Source: Candidatus Heimdallarchaeota archaeon (GTDB lineage Archaea > Asgardarchaeota > Heimdallarchaeia > Hodarchaeales > Hodarchaeaceae). From it: a DNA stretch of 64,000 nt. The position numbers and the translations under genes were made by a program. Shown here piece after piece: positions 10,909-20,456 of this stretch. The notes beneath the pieces were generated by a model. That model saw nothing but the letters and a program-made list of their open reading frames with translations, did no database searches and was not told the origin of the DNA. Where the stretch lies: the NCBI GenBank assembly GCA_020353515.1, contig CP070695.1, positions 4,529,414-4,593,413 of the forward strand. Reading direction: 5' to 3'. Each line of letters begins with the position of its first letter. The stretch's first letter is position 1.

Positions 10909-11952
10909 TTGAGAAAGTGCCGTCAGATGAAAGTGAATTTCATTCTTGATCTAGAGAAAAGTCTTGTTGGGAGTGGTGTTTATAGTTCAGCTATTAGGCT
11001 AGCAAACAAATTAAGAGAATTTGGAATAAAAACTGATGTGAATGGAAGAGAGTTCCCATATGACATTTATCATTTTCAGACATCCCTCCCTCAATCTCTA
11101 TGGAAGGCAAAAATTCTCAAGCGAAAAAAGAGAAGTTATAAAATATTAATGACTGGTCACACCACGATTGAGGATTTTCGTAATAGCTTTTTACTTTCCA
11201 ATCGAATAAATTTTGCTCTTATACCTTATTTAACGAAATTCTATTCCTACGCTGACTATCTTATCGCAGTAAGCGATTATAATCGAAAAATTCTCCTACG
11301 TTATGGATATAATCCGTCTCAAATTAGAGTAATCTCTAATGGAATTGATCTAACAAAAATACGTAAAAAACCTAAGATAAGGATAAAAACACGAAAAAAT
11401 CTTGGAATCTCTGATCAGCAGCTCATTATTATCACAGTAGGATTATGTATTTTTCGCAAGGCACCAGACATATTTACCGAGGTGGCTCTTGCAACTCCAG
11501 AGCACCAATTCTTTTGGATAGGAAAATATTTACCTTTAGGAACCATTGCACATTCCTCGTTCCTTAGAGAAAAGTTTAAACTTGCAAGAAGAACTCCAAA
11601 CATCCGTTTCACTGGGTATGTTTCACGATTAACATTAGAGGCTCTTTGGAATGCCGCAGATATATTTCTTTATGTCAGTAGAGAAGAAAATCAAGGAATA
11701 GCCCTACTTGAAAGTATGGCTTATGGAAAAATACCAGTAGTTCGGGACCATCCTGTTTTTGACTGGTTATCATCTGAAAGAGAATGCCTTAAAGGAAAAA
11801 CAGTCGAGGAGTTTTCAAAACAAATCCGACGGCTTGCAGCAGACAAAAAACTTAGGGAAAATTTGCGAGCTAGTTGTGAAATCGCTTTAAGAGATCATGA
11901 TATCGATAAGTCTGTAAAAAAACTCGCTAATCTTTACACAGAAATCACATAA
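10909..11952 (+). CDS. GT4 glycosyltransferase, diglycosyl-lipid synthase (CpoA/DGS)-like
   Basis: SGVYSS, HTTIEDFRNSFLLSN, RKAPD, EENQGIALLESM; the likely start is MKVNF at 10927. Confidence 0.85.
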   Translation: MRKCRQMKVNFILDLEKSLVGSGVYSSAIRLANKLREFGIKTDVNGREFPYDIYHFQTSLPQSLWKAKILKRKKRSYKILMTGHTTIEDFRNSFLLSNRINFALIPYLTKFYSYADYLIAVSDYNRKILLRYGYNPSQIRVISNGIDLTKIRKKPKIRIKTRKNLGISDQQLIIITVGLCIFRKAPDIFTEVALATPEHQFFWIGKYLPLGTIAHSSFLREKFKLARRTPNIRFTGYVSRLTLEALWNAADIFLYVSREENQGIALLESMAYGKIPVVRDHPVFDWLSSERECLKGKTVEEFSKQIRRLAADKKLRENLRASCEIALRDHDIDKSVKKLANLYTEIT

Positions 11953-12002
11953 TAGATTTGAGCCAATGACTTGACAATAATTGAGGTATTATGTGTTAAA
12001 AC

Positions 12003-14912
12003 TTATTTTAAAGATTTATTTGCCCAAAGAAGGGCACCAATGACACCTATACAGACAAGAACAAAGAATAGGAATCCTCCAATTCCGATGGCAAAATCGA
12101 AAGGAGATTCTTGTTCTTCTGTTTCACTTGGAACTTCTATAACTGTATAACTTATTGTTCCTATCGCCTCGGAATGTCCAACAATGAAGATATCAATTGT
12201 ATATACCTTCCCTTTAGCATCTCTTTCAATATCTAGGTCAATATTGTAAACCCCCGCTTCTTCATAGATAACTAAATTGCCCTTGGATTGATTACCATCT
12301 AAGAAACCAATTAAATCTAATCCTCCAATTATTCTTCCTGTTGAATTATCAATATGGACGGTGAAATTAATAGTTTTTTGGTCTCCTTGCTTGAGATTGA
12401 ACATACCCTCTGCAGGAACAACGAAAGGAGCCCCTTTTACTTGAATAGAGTGGGTTATATCTAATTCTTCTTGATCGTGAACCCCTAATTTATAGGGGGT
12501 ATTCCAGCGAATTCGAAAGGCATATGTTCCAGCCTCAAGGCTAGGATCTATCGGATCAAACCATAAAACCGTTCTTCCAATATAATGGTAGTGTAATTGC
12601 TGTGAAATATCTATTTCAGAAGGAGATTGATCCAGATTGTCTAAAAAGATCGTTAACTCTAAGTCTTTCATTGGGATAGGAAGATTTATTGAAATATTAC
12701 GGTTTGGATAATCAAGCTCAAGAGTTTCATTATAATTTAAGAATTCTAAAGTGACATTACCACCTAGGTAATCAGTAATATAATAATTTGTCGCAGGTAA
12801 ATGTTCCTGAACAATATTGATCTTATACTTGATAGGTGGAAGATCTAATGGGATTGTTAAGCCTATGGGATCTCCACCTACACCACCAGGCTTCGTATTA
12901 CTTCCAATAATGCTGATAGTCAGGTTTGCTGAAAATTTTCCGTATATCCCCCTATTTGGAATCTTAAAATTCAAACCCATGGTCCTAGCATTATTAAGCG
13001 GAGTAGTAAAATTCCCATCCAGTATAGTCTCTCCTTCTTTGTTATATTGAATATATTCGGTCTCTCTCCAAGTTATATTCTCACGAGAATACCAGTTACT
13101 ATCCCAACGATAGTTAACCCAAACAGACCAAAGATTTAAGTAATCGAGACTATAGTATTCACCAATAGTTGAATTTGCTTCAAGGAATCCTAATATTGTG
13201 ACATTATCACCAGGGGAAAGTGCTTCAATATCTGACTCTTTTTCAAAATACTCAGTGAAGATAGATTGTGTGTCATTCCCAGTACCATGAGTTTCATTAG
13301 TAAATCCTCGATGCATGTATATATCTTGTACAACGTAATTCATTGAATCTTCAATTGTTAAAGAGATATTAATTGATTTAGTGTCAATATATTCGTTATC
13401 ATTGTCAATTCGATGTATTTGATAAACAAAAATCCATGAACCAAAATAGATTTGATGGGTTGGTAATTGCAATTGTATTGTAGCAAGACAATCAGACGGA
13501 GTTGTCTCATTCTCGAAAGGCTCGACCTCAATGTCATATGTACTTACAAGTTCCTCACTTAAGCCATGATGTATCCAAGTGGAACTGATCTGCCCTTGGA
13601 AAGTCTCACGATAAGCTGATTTTATAATAGGACCCATTTCATCAGCTGGAACAGTTACTCGATCAACTCTAGTGTTGTCTATTAACCAATAAGAGGTTTG
13701 GTTGTTTGCAAATGTATTATCATCTGATAAGATAAATCTAAAGGTTTTGAAATCGTTTCTAGCCATATCAATCTTGAAACTTTCATTTACCCATTCATGA
13801 ATAGCTACAGAAGCAATCGTTCTGTTTTCCCATTGACTATTTTCACCTTCTTCGTGCCAGTATGAAAAAGTTAGATCTGGGGGTACCTCATAAAAATAGC
13901 ACTCATCTAACCTCCCAGTATAATAATCATCAACAGCTGCATCACGACCGTAGAAAATTGCCCGTATTTGAGTGGTATTTTCAGGAGTTTTCCAGCTCAG
14001 AACTTGAGTAACATAGCCTTTGTCATCTGGTGTATAATCTCGTGAGTCATCAGAAGAAATTTTGTAACCAATTCTATTTCCTGAAGAGTTATAGGCCTCA
14101 AGTCTTAGATCCCAAAAGTTGTCACTTCCTACTCCAGTAGCTTTTACCACAAATACGATTAACCGGTCTTCTCCCACCAAATTAACACTTTGATTTAATA
14201 AATACCCTTCTGTACCGTTGATTTCAAGATAATAACTCCCATCTGAGGCATTAATAGGATCCTCAACTACTTTGACGTATGAGCTATTGAAATCCCAACC
14301 ATTTGTATTGCCTCCTTCAAATCCAGGATTCATGAGGAGGTTCTGACCTTGGGAAAAATAATCAAATGAGATCTCATATCTATCAGGCATTAACTCTGAA
14401 GTATTAAAGAAGATTTCAGCATCTTCTGTGTCAACATCCGCGATTTCAGTTAGGTTTAAGTAACCAGAAGTCGCCTCAATAGAGTAGAAATTGTCATTTG
14501 TCCAATCTGGAAGGGAAGGAGAATCAAAGGCGCTATCTTCAAAGATATCTTGGATCTCACTTTCAAAATCGAAAGAAACCTCACTAATGGGAGATTCTAA
14601 ACTCCATTCCAGAGAACCATTCATCTCTTCTGTGGTACTTTCAGCAGTAATTTCCAGCCATTCACCTGGGGCATAAGTATCTTTATCTGTTTTTAGGGTG
14701 GTCTTCCCTGAGGTAATAACATTACCAATTTTCGCTTGGGGATCATGATTAGACACCGTGGTTTCTTGACCAACTTCTTTTTGAACTGATTGATCTAGAA
14801 ATCCAGAAAATGCCGAATTATCTGCTATTGAGAAAATAGCAACAATATTCATAAAAAGCAGCAGAATGATACTTAATGATAACGTTCGTCTGATATAATT
14901 CATTGGTTTCAC
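12003..14912 (-). CDS. Large secreted, C-terminally anchored surface glycoprotein with CBM4/9-like beta-sandwich domains
   Basis: Signal peptide, NLLMNPGFEGG CBM-like motif, many N-x-S/T sequons, acidic beta-rich body and a C-terminal TM helix. Confidence 0.75.
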   Translation of the reverse strand: MKPMNYIRRTLSLSIILLLFMNIVAIFSIADNSAFSGFLDQSVQKEVGQETTVSNHDPQAKIGNVITSGKTTLKTDKDTYAPGEWLEITAESTTEEMNGSLEWSLESPISEVSFDFESEIQDIFEDSAFDSPSLPDWTNDNFYSIEATSGYLNLTEIADVDTEDAEIFFNTSELMPDRYEISFDYFSQGQNLLMNPGFEGGNTNGWDFNSSYVKVVEDPINASDGSYYLEINGTEGYLLNQSVNLVGEDRLIVFVVKATGVGSDNFWDLRLEAYNSSGNRIGYKISSDDSRDYTPDDKGYVTQVLSWKTPENTTQIRAIFYGRDAAVDDYYTGRLDECYFYEVPPDLTFSYWHEEGENSQWENRTIASVAIHEWVNESFKIDMARNDFKTFRFILSDDNTFANNQTSYWLIDNTRVDRVTVPADEMGPIIKSAYRETFQGQISSTWIHHGLSEELVSTYDIEVEPFENETTPSDCLATIQLQLPTHQIYFGSWIFVYQIHRIDNDNEYIDTKSINISLTIEDSMNYVVQDIYMHRGFTNETHGTGNDTQSIFTEYFEKESDIEALSPGDNVTILGFLEANSTIGEYYSLDYLNLWSVWVNYRWDSNWYSRENITWRETEYIQYNKEGETILDGNFTTPLNNARTMGLNFKIPNRGIYGKFSANLTISIIGSNTKPGGVGGDPIGLTIPLDLPPIKYKINIVQEHLPATNYYITDYLGGNVTLEFLNYNETLELDYPNRNISINLPIPMKDLELTIFLDNLDQSPSEIDISQQLHYHYIGRTVLWFDPIDPSLEAGTYAFRIRWNTPYKLGVHDQEELDITHSIQVKGAPFVVPAEGMFNLKQGDQKTINFTVHIDNSTGRIIGGLDLIGFLDGNQSKGNLVIYEEAGVYNIDLDIERDAKGKVYTIDIFIVGHSEAIGTISYTVIEVPSETEEQESPFDFAIGIGGFLFFVLVCIGVIGALLWANKSLK

Positions 14913-15099
14913 CGTACTTTGATATTTCGGATTGATTCTCGAATCACTGAGAAGATTTATCCACAGAGGAGGATTCAGCCGTTAAACTCCTTAATTGGGT
15001 CTAAATGGAGTAGATCGTCTTTATTTTTTTAAGTTTGTTTTTATCAACCAAAGATGAGTTAAACTTAAGTTTGGTAACCTTATATTAGATTGGGAAAGT

Positions 15100-17004
15100 A
15101 TGACAGAACTTAGAACAGAGCTTAATCAGGTAATAGAACAAGGAAAACAAGCCCTAAACGAAAATGAAATAGATGAAGCCATCTTTGCTTTTGAAAGGGC
15201 AGTTCAGATTGCAAGTGAAGCCTCACCCTCACTAAATAGTATCATTGGCATTTCTTTCGCATATATAGCATTAGCTAATGGAAAGAAAGGAGAGATTGCA
15301 ATAGCACTTGAATATATTAATACTGCGGCTGAATTCTTTCCTGTAAACCCAGTAAATCCAGTAATATATGCCCAACTTCTTCTAGGACTTGGTATTGAAT
15401 TCCAGAAAATAAAATTACATGAATGTTCAACCATAATTTTGAAAAATGCCCTTACTCTGGCTAAAAGTAAAACGGTGGAGGTTGATATAGAGGTTATTTC
15501 ATTAGTAGCTCGCAATTTAGCATTTTCTTATAACAAAATAGGAAATAATGTTTCTTCTGCAAAATTGTACAGAATAGCTGCGGATTTGGAGGATGAACCT
15601 AAATCTGCGATTGTCCTGTATCGAAATTCAGCTTATTTATACTATCAAGAGAATATGAAAGAATTCAGTCTAGATATTCTTGAAACAGCTTTTAATAAAG
15701 CTGGAATTCTTGGAGACACTAATTGTCAGCTTGAAATTGCACATTTCCAAGGAGTAGTCTCTTATGAAATTAGTTCAAGCTATGTCCAAAGAGGTTACCT
15801 TGAGAAGGCAGTCGCATATCTAGATCTTTGTTATGATAAATTCACTTTCACAGAGGATTCTTTATGGGTAATTAAGGTTCTCTATGATAAAGCTATACTA
15901 TTAGAAAGGATAGGGAAGGATTGGCAAAGGAATAAGATGCTGGAAGAACTCATCAAGTTTAAAATTACTGATAAAAACAAGGAATATATTATTAAAGCTA
16001 TTCTCCTCTTGATAATTCATGCTTTGGAGGGGAACCATTATTCTAAAGCTGATTTTTACATTCAACAAGTGTCAGAGGCTCAATTACAAGATATAAACCC
16101 TCAATTAGGTCAAAAAATTCGAGAAATTCGAGAAATTTTAGAAATATCTCGTAGAAGGGGACAATTACACGCTGACATTCATTTTTCGCGGAAAGATCTG
16201 GATCTTCCTATCGATCAACTGCTTCCAGAGGGAAAAACTCCTACTCAGGATATTTCTCAAGAAGGAGAGAGGTTAGCAACCCTTCAGGTTCCTGAATTAG
16301 ATTTGACCGTTTCAAGAGCTATTTCATCTCATAAAATCAAACAACCAACAGTAGAAGTGCTTCAAGAGCTATTTACGACTTCTGAAGAAATTCAACCACA
16401 ACTGGCTGATCAAGAACCAATTTTACCAACTGTTCAAGAGTATGTACCAACTGAGGAACTACAAGAGGCAGAAATTGAACCAATATCTGATCCAACACCT
16501 GAATATGACCATGAAAAAACAATAGCTTTAGAAAGATTATTTAGAGCACATCAGGTGCCCCAAGAATCAATTATAACTTCTGATCCATTGATTTCTTCTT
16601 CAGAAATTGAATATTCCTTACCTGAGGGACCAATAAGTGAATCTATTGAAGAACAACCTCAGGTTACTAGCTCTCCAACTCCAATAATCTCGCAGGATGA
16701 AAATATCCGCTCAGAAGTTGTAAGTCGTTTACAAAGAGCTGGATGGGCAGTTGAACTTAATTTCACAAATCTCACACGAAGGGGTGCAGAACCTGATATT
16801 ATTGCATCAAAAGGTTTGATCAGAAAAACACGAAAGTTCATTTTTTTTGCTGAAAATCCTGCAGATGCAGAAATATGTTCGTTCTTACTCCAATCAAACC
16901 CTGAAAGAGGAGAAAAGCTGATTTTTTTACTCAGTGGTGATCCCAGGGATGCGAATATCTCCGTAGAGGTAAAATTATTGACCCAAATAGGCCAACTCTT
17001 TTGA
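15100..17004 (+). CDS. TPR solenoid plus acidic linker plus C-terminal degenerate PD-(D/E)xK-fold domain
   Basis: N-terminal TPR-like helices; E/P/Q-rich linker; EVVSRLQRAGWAV...EPDIIASK near the C-terminus. Confidence 0.7.
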   Translation: MTELRTELNQVIEQGKQALNENEIDEAIFAFERAVQIASEASPSLNSIIGISFAYIALANGKKGEIAIALEYINTAAEFFPVNPVNPVIYAQLLLGLGIEFQKIKLHECSTIILKNALTLAKSKTVEVDIEVISLVARNLAFSYNKIGNNVSSAKLYRIAADLEDEPKSAIVLYRNSAYLYYQENMKEFSLDILETAFNKAGILGDTNCQLEIAHFQGVVSYEISSSYVQRGYLEKAVAYLDLCYDKFTFTEDSLWVIKVLYDKAILLERIGKDWQRNKMLEELIKFKITDKNKEYIIKAILLLIIHALEGNHYSKADFYIQQVSEAQLQDINPQLGQKIREIREILEISRRRGQLHADIHFSRKDLDLPIDQLLPEGKTPTQDISQEGERLATLQVPELDLTVSRAISSHKIKQPTVEVLQELFTTSEEIQPQLADQEPILPTVQEYVPTEELQEAEIEPISDPTPEYDHEKTIALERLFRAHQVPQESIITSDPLISSSEIEYSLPEGPISESIEEQPQVTSSPTPIISQDENIRSEVVSRLQRAGWAVELNFTNLTRRGAEPDIIASKGLIRKTRKFIFFAENPADAEICSFLLQSNPERGEKLIFLLSGDPRDANISVEVKLLTQIGQLF

Positions 17005-17056
17005 AAAAATGTTTCGAGAATTAATAGGATTCAAAACTTCGTTATTAAGAGGAATT

Positions 17057-17713
17057 TCACTCTTGTAATTGAAATTTCATTCTTAGAAGCGAGGAAAATT
17101 TTTGGTACATTTCATCAATTGTCCCATCGCTTGTTAATCTCTCTAAAATTCCTTGCTGTTGATAAAATTCTATTAGAGGTTTTGTTTCATGTTCATATGT
17201 AGCTATCCTTTTTTTCACAGTTTCTTCTACATCATCTTCCCTTTGAAATAATCTCCCTGAACATTTGTCGCAGATTCCTTCCTTCTTTGAAGGACTGTAT
17301 TTTATATGGTAAATAGCTCCACATTGTTTGCAGGTTCGGCGGCCAGTAATTCGTTCAATTAAAAGACCGTAATTTACCTCAATATTAATAACAAAATCAA
17401 TGTTAGTTATCATCTTAAGATCCTGAGCTTGACTCAAATTCCGTGGATAACCATCTAAAATGAATCCTCTTATACAGTCGTCTTGATTCAATCTTTCCTT
17501 CAAAAGCTGCAAAACAATGTCATCAGGTACTAATTTTCCCGTATTCATAAATTTTTTTGCTTTTAATCCTAATTCTGTGCTTTTTTTGATTGCTGCTCTT
17601 AGTAGATCTCCTGTACTAATTTGTGGAATATTAAAGTCTTTCACTATGAGCTTTGCTTGTGTACCTTTCCCTGAACCTGGAGGACCTAGTAAAACCAGTT
17701 TCATATTAACCAT
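17057..17713 (-). CDS. adk: Adenylate kinase (bacterial/eukaryotic type with zinc-binding LID)
   Basis: GPPGSGKGT, ISTGDLLR, FILDGYPR, CKQC..CDKC, QREDD. Confidence 0.96.
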   Translation of the reverse strand: MVNMKLVLLGPPGSGKGTQAKLIVKDFNIPQISTGDLLRAAIKKSTELGLKAKKFMNTGKLVPDDIVLQLLKERLNQDDCIRGFILDGYPRNLSQAQDLKMITNIDFVINIEVNYGLLIERITGRRTCKQCGAIYHIKYSPSKKEGICDKCSGRLFQREDDVEETVKKRIATYEHETKPLIEFYQQQGILERLTSDGTIDEMYQKFSSLLRMKFQLQE

Positions 17714-17723
17714 TTCCTCTCCC

Positions 17724-18449
17724 TTAATTTAATGAAACGTCATTATTCAATTTTAAAAGGATATCTCTTGCTTTTGAAGCATTTTGCTCGTTTATTACGA
17801 AAATAATAATTAGATGGTCAGTGTGTTGAACCATGGTATCATAAATAGAAATAGCTTGGTCAGCAAGTAATGAAGAAACATGTGCTAGAATACCTGGAAT
17901 TTCTTGAGCTTTTGTTGGTAACATTAATTTAAGTAAACTGAGAGAATCTTGGAGTTTAAGAGTGTCAATGGCCTTAATAACTTCAGTCTCATCTAGAAAA
18001 GACTGCTCAGCCATCTTTTTAACATAAAACTCACTTCCACTATTATTAAGGTACACAGAACATATGTCATTACGTTCTAGTTGTTTAACTAAAATCCTTA
18101 AGACTTCATGAATATCTGTATCTTCATGAAAACGGATTTTGTAATGTTTCAATCCATCTGTAACCTCAGTAGTCCCTTTTTTCAGAATATCTTGTACTAA
18201 TTTTACACCGAGTAGCTCTTCCTGTTGTATTCGTAGTTTTTTGAGATATCTAGTTATGGCAACTGCAACATTGCCCTCTAATTTAACAGGATCTTTTGAT
18301 ATAAAATTTCCCTCTTTTATCAGCTGTGTTTTTATTCTTTTAGCGATTTCCCGCTGAGCAGTTTTTCTTTGCTGAAGTTCATGAACAAGTGAAGGGTCTT
18401 GTTCAAGTATTTCTCGTACAAATTTAGATACTGACTTTTCAACATGCAT
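17724..18449 (-). CDS. ACT-domain regulatory protein
   Basis: C-terminal PGILAHVSSLLADQAISIYD ACT motif; N-terminal HTH-like segment (VAVAITRY). Confidence 0.7.
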   Translation of the reverse strand: MHVEKSVSKFVREILEQDPSLVHELQQRKTAQREIAKRIKTQLIKEGNFISKDPVKLEGNVAVAITRYLKKLRIQQEELLGVKLVQDILKKGTTEVTDGLKHYKIRFHEDTDIHEVLRILVKQLERNDICSVYLNNSGSEFYVKKMAEQSFLDETEVIKAIDTLKLQDSLSLLKLMLPTKAQEIPGILAHVSSLLADQAISIYDTMVQHTDHLIIIFVINEQNASKARDILLKLNNDVSLN

Positions 18450-18817
18450 AAGAGCTCTTCCTTTGAATATACATCAAATAATCTTATTATAGATGGATGG
18501 AGACAATTATTTTTATTGTTAAGATTACTAGGGTATAATAGTATTTCCTAATTCAGATTTTGTTGATTACAAAGAGTTTCATACAAAAAATCTAGTGAAG
18601 ATTATCAATTACTCTGTTTTTTCATAACTTTTTATTTATTCTGAAAATAATTACGAATGATGAAACAAATTCATATATTTCATCAATAGTTAAAGGAATA
18701 TAATAAGCTAAATTACTTTTGATAGAATTCTTTTTAACCAGAATAATATTGTAGAAGTGTATCAAATAATAAAATCCAGATAAAGAATGTCTAATTCGAG
18801 ATTCTAAGGTTTGAACA

Positions 18818-19561
18818 TTGGGAAAATCTGATTTCTTCGTTCTATTGCCAGCGTTTAATGAAGAAAATACTTTACCGAAAGTTATTCAACAGCTATTAGA
18901 AATATTTTCTCCAGACCAGATAATTCTTGCTGATGACGGATCAACAGACAATACATCTAGTATTGCACGGGAATCAGGTATCAAGATTATTAGAAATAGA
19001 AATAACAGAGGAAAAGGATACATCCTAAGAAATTCCTTTGCCATCATTATTGATAAATTCCCTGATGTGAAGTGGGTTTTAACAGTTGATGCTGATGGAC
19101 AACATGATGTACGAGATATTCCTAGATTTATCCAAACTATAAATCATAACCCAAGAGTGGATATTATTGTAGGTAAACGTGATTATAATCAAATGCCTCC
19201 TATAAATTGGATCTCAAACAAAATAACTTCAAGTTGGTCCAATTTTTGGTTGAACTGGGATCTACATGATCTACAATGCGGCTTTAGGTGTTATAGAACA
19301 GACACTTTACGTCGTATCCTCGAAATTGGCTTAACGAAGAATAAATTTGATTTAGAAACAGAAATTCTAATTATTTCATGGATTTTAAATGAAAGAATTA
19401 TTGAGATTCCAATAAAAACTCTTTATCCCAATACAAGAAGGAAATCAAGAATTCAACCAGTAATCGATACTTTTCGATGGATACTTCTTGTATCTAAATT
19501 TGCTTTTTCTCTACAATTTACGACGAAAGTCTGGCAAAGACGTTATTTACATCGTTTGTGA
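18818..19561 (+). CDS. GT2 glycosyltransferase, polyprenol-phosphate glycosyltransferase (DPM1-like)
   Basis: LPAFNEE, DDGSTDNT, NRGKG, DADGQH, DLQCGFR, FDLETE. Confidence 0.92.
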   Translation: MGKSDFFVLLPAFNEENTLPKVIQQLLEIFSPDQIILADDGSTDNTSSIARESGIKIIRNRNNRGKGYILRNSFAIIIDKFPDVKWVLTVDADGQHDVRDIPRFIQTINHNPRVDIIVGKRDYNQMPPINWISNKITSSWSNFWLNWDLHDLQCGFRCYRTDTLRRILEIGLTKNKFDLETEILIISWILNERIIEIPIKTLYPNTRRKSRIQPVIDTFRWILLVSKFAFSLQFTTKVWQRRYLHRL

Positions 19562-19815
19562 TGAATTCTCAAATTTTTTAGATTAGCTGGTTTTTCTATC
19601 ATCTAATTTCAGCAAAAAAAGATCATAGTATCAATTATTTCATATAAGAAAAGGATATTAAATTCGATTTATCTCATAACATAACGTGGATGTAACTACG
19701 AATTTCGAAAGTAAAAAAAAACATAAACTATTTCTTTGATAAAACGAATGATTGACAAACTCAAGGATACTTTCTTCATTTTAATTTTCCACTACTGATA
19801 ATAAATATAAAACAA

Positions 19816-20418
19816 ATGATTAAAAAGGATGAGATTGAAATATCCAGTTACAAAGCAGGTTCAGGGATTAAGATCATGAAACAGAAATTAGTTCTTAAAT
19901 TAGTACTACTTGGCGATCCAGGAGTTGGAAAAACGTCATTAATTTCACAATTCGTCCATGCACGCTTTCGACATTCATATCAACTCACAGTTGGATTAGA
20001 TATTTCTTCAAAACAGGTCAAGTTGGATGATGGACGAACAGTAACACTCTCAATAAATGATATTGGCGGACAAGCGCGGTTTGCTGCAATACGACATATG
20101 TTCTTCAAAGGGGCCCATCTTGCAATGTTTGTTTATGATGTGACTAGAGCTGAATCTTTGGAGAATATCAAAGATCCCTGGTACAAAGAATTAATGCAGT
20201 TTTGTGGTCAGCCTGGAAAAACAAAAGCTGCTATCCAAACAATCTTAGTTGGTAATAAAACTGATCTTGAAGATTATCGGATGGTTGAGGAAGATGAAGG
20301 GGGCCAGCTTGCCAATGAAATTAAAGCAATAGGACATATTTCCGCCTCCGCTAAAGAGAATATTCAGGTCGATAATGCTTTTAAGACTCTAGCTCAAAGT
20401 TTCTTTGATGAGATATAG
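19816..20418 (+). CDS. Rab-like small GTPase (Ras superfamily) with no prenylation tail
   Basis: G1 GDPGVGKT, G2 LTVGLD, G3 DIGGQ, RFAAIRHMFFKGA, YDVT, G4 NKTD, G5 SAK; the start may be MKQK at 19876. Confidence 0.93.
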   Translation: MIKKDEIEISSYKAGSGIKIMKQKLVLKLVLLGDPGVGKTSLISQFVHARFRHSYQLTVGLDISSKQVKLDDGRTVTLSINDIGGQARFAAIRHMFFKGAHLAMFVYDVTRAESLENIKDPWYKELMQFCGQPGKTKAAIQTILVGNKTDLEDYRMVEEDEGGQLANEIKAIGHISASAKENIQVDNAFKTLAQSFFDEI

Positions 20419-20456
20419 AAATAATACTAGTTTGATGAATTCTAGGAGTTATTTTC

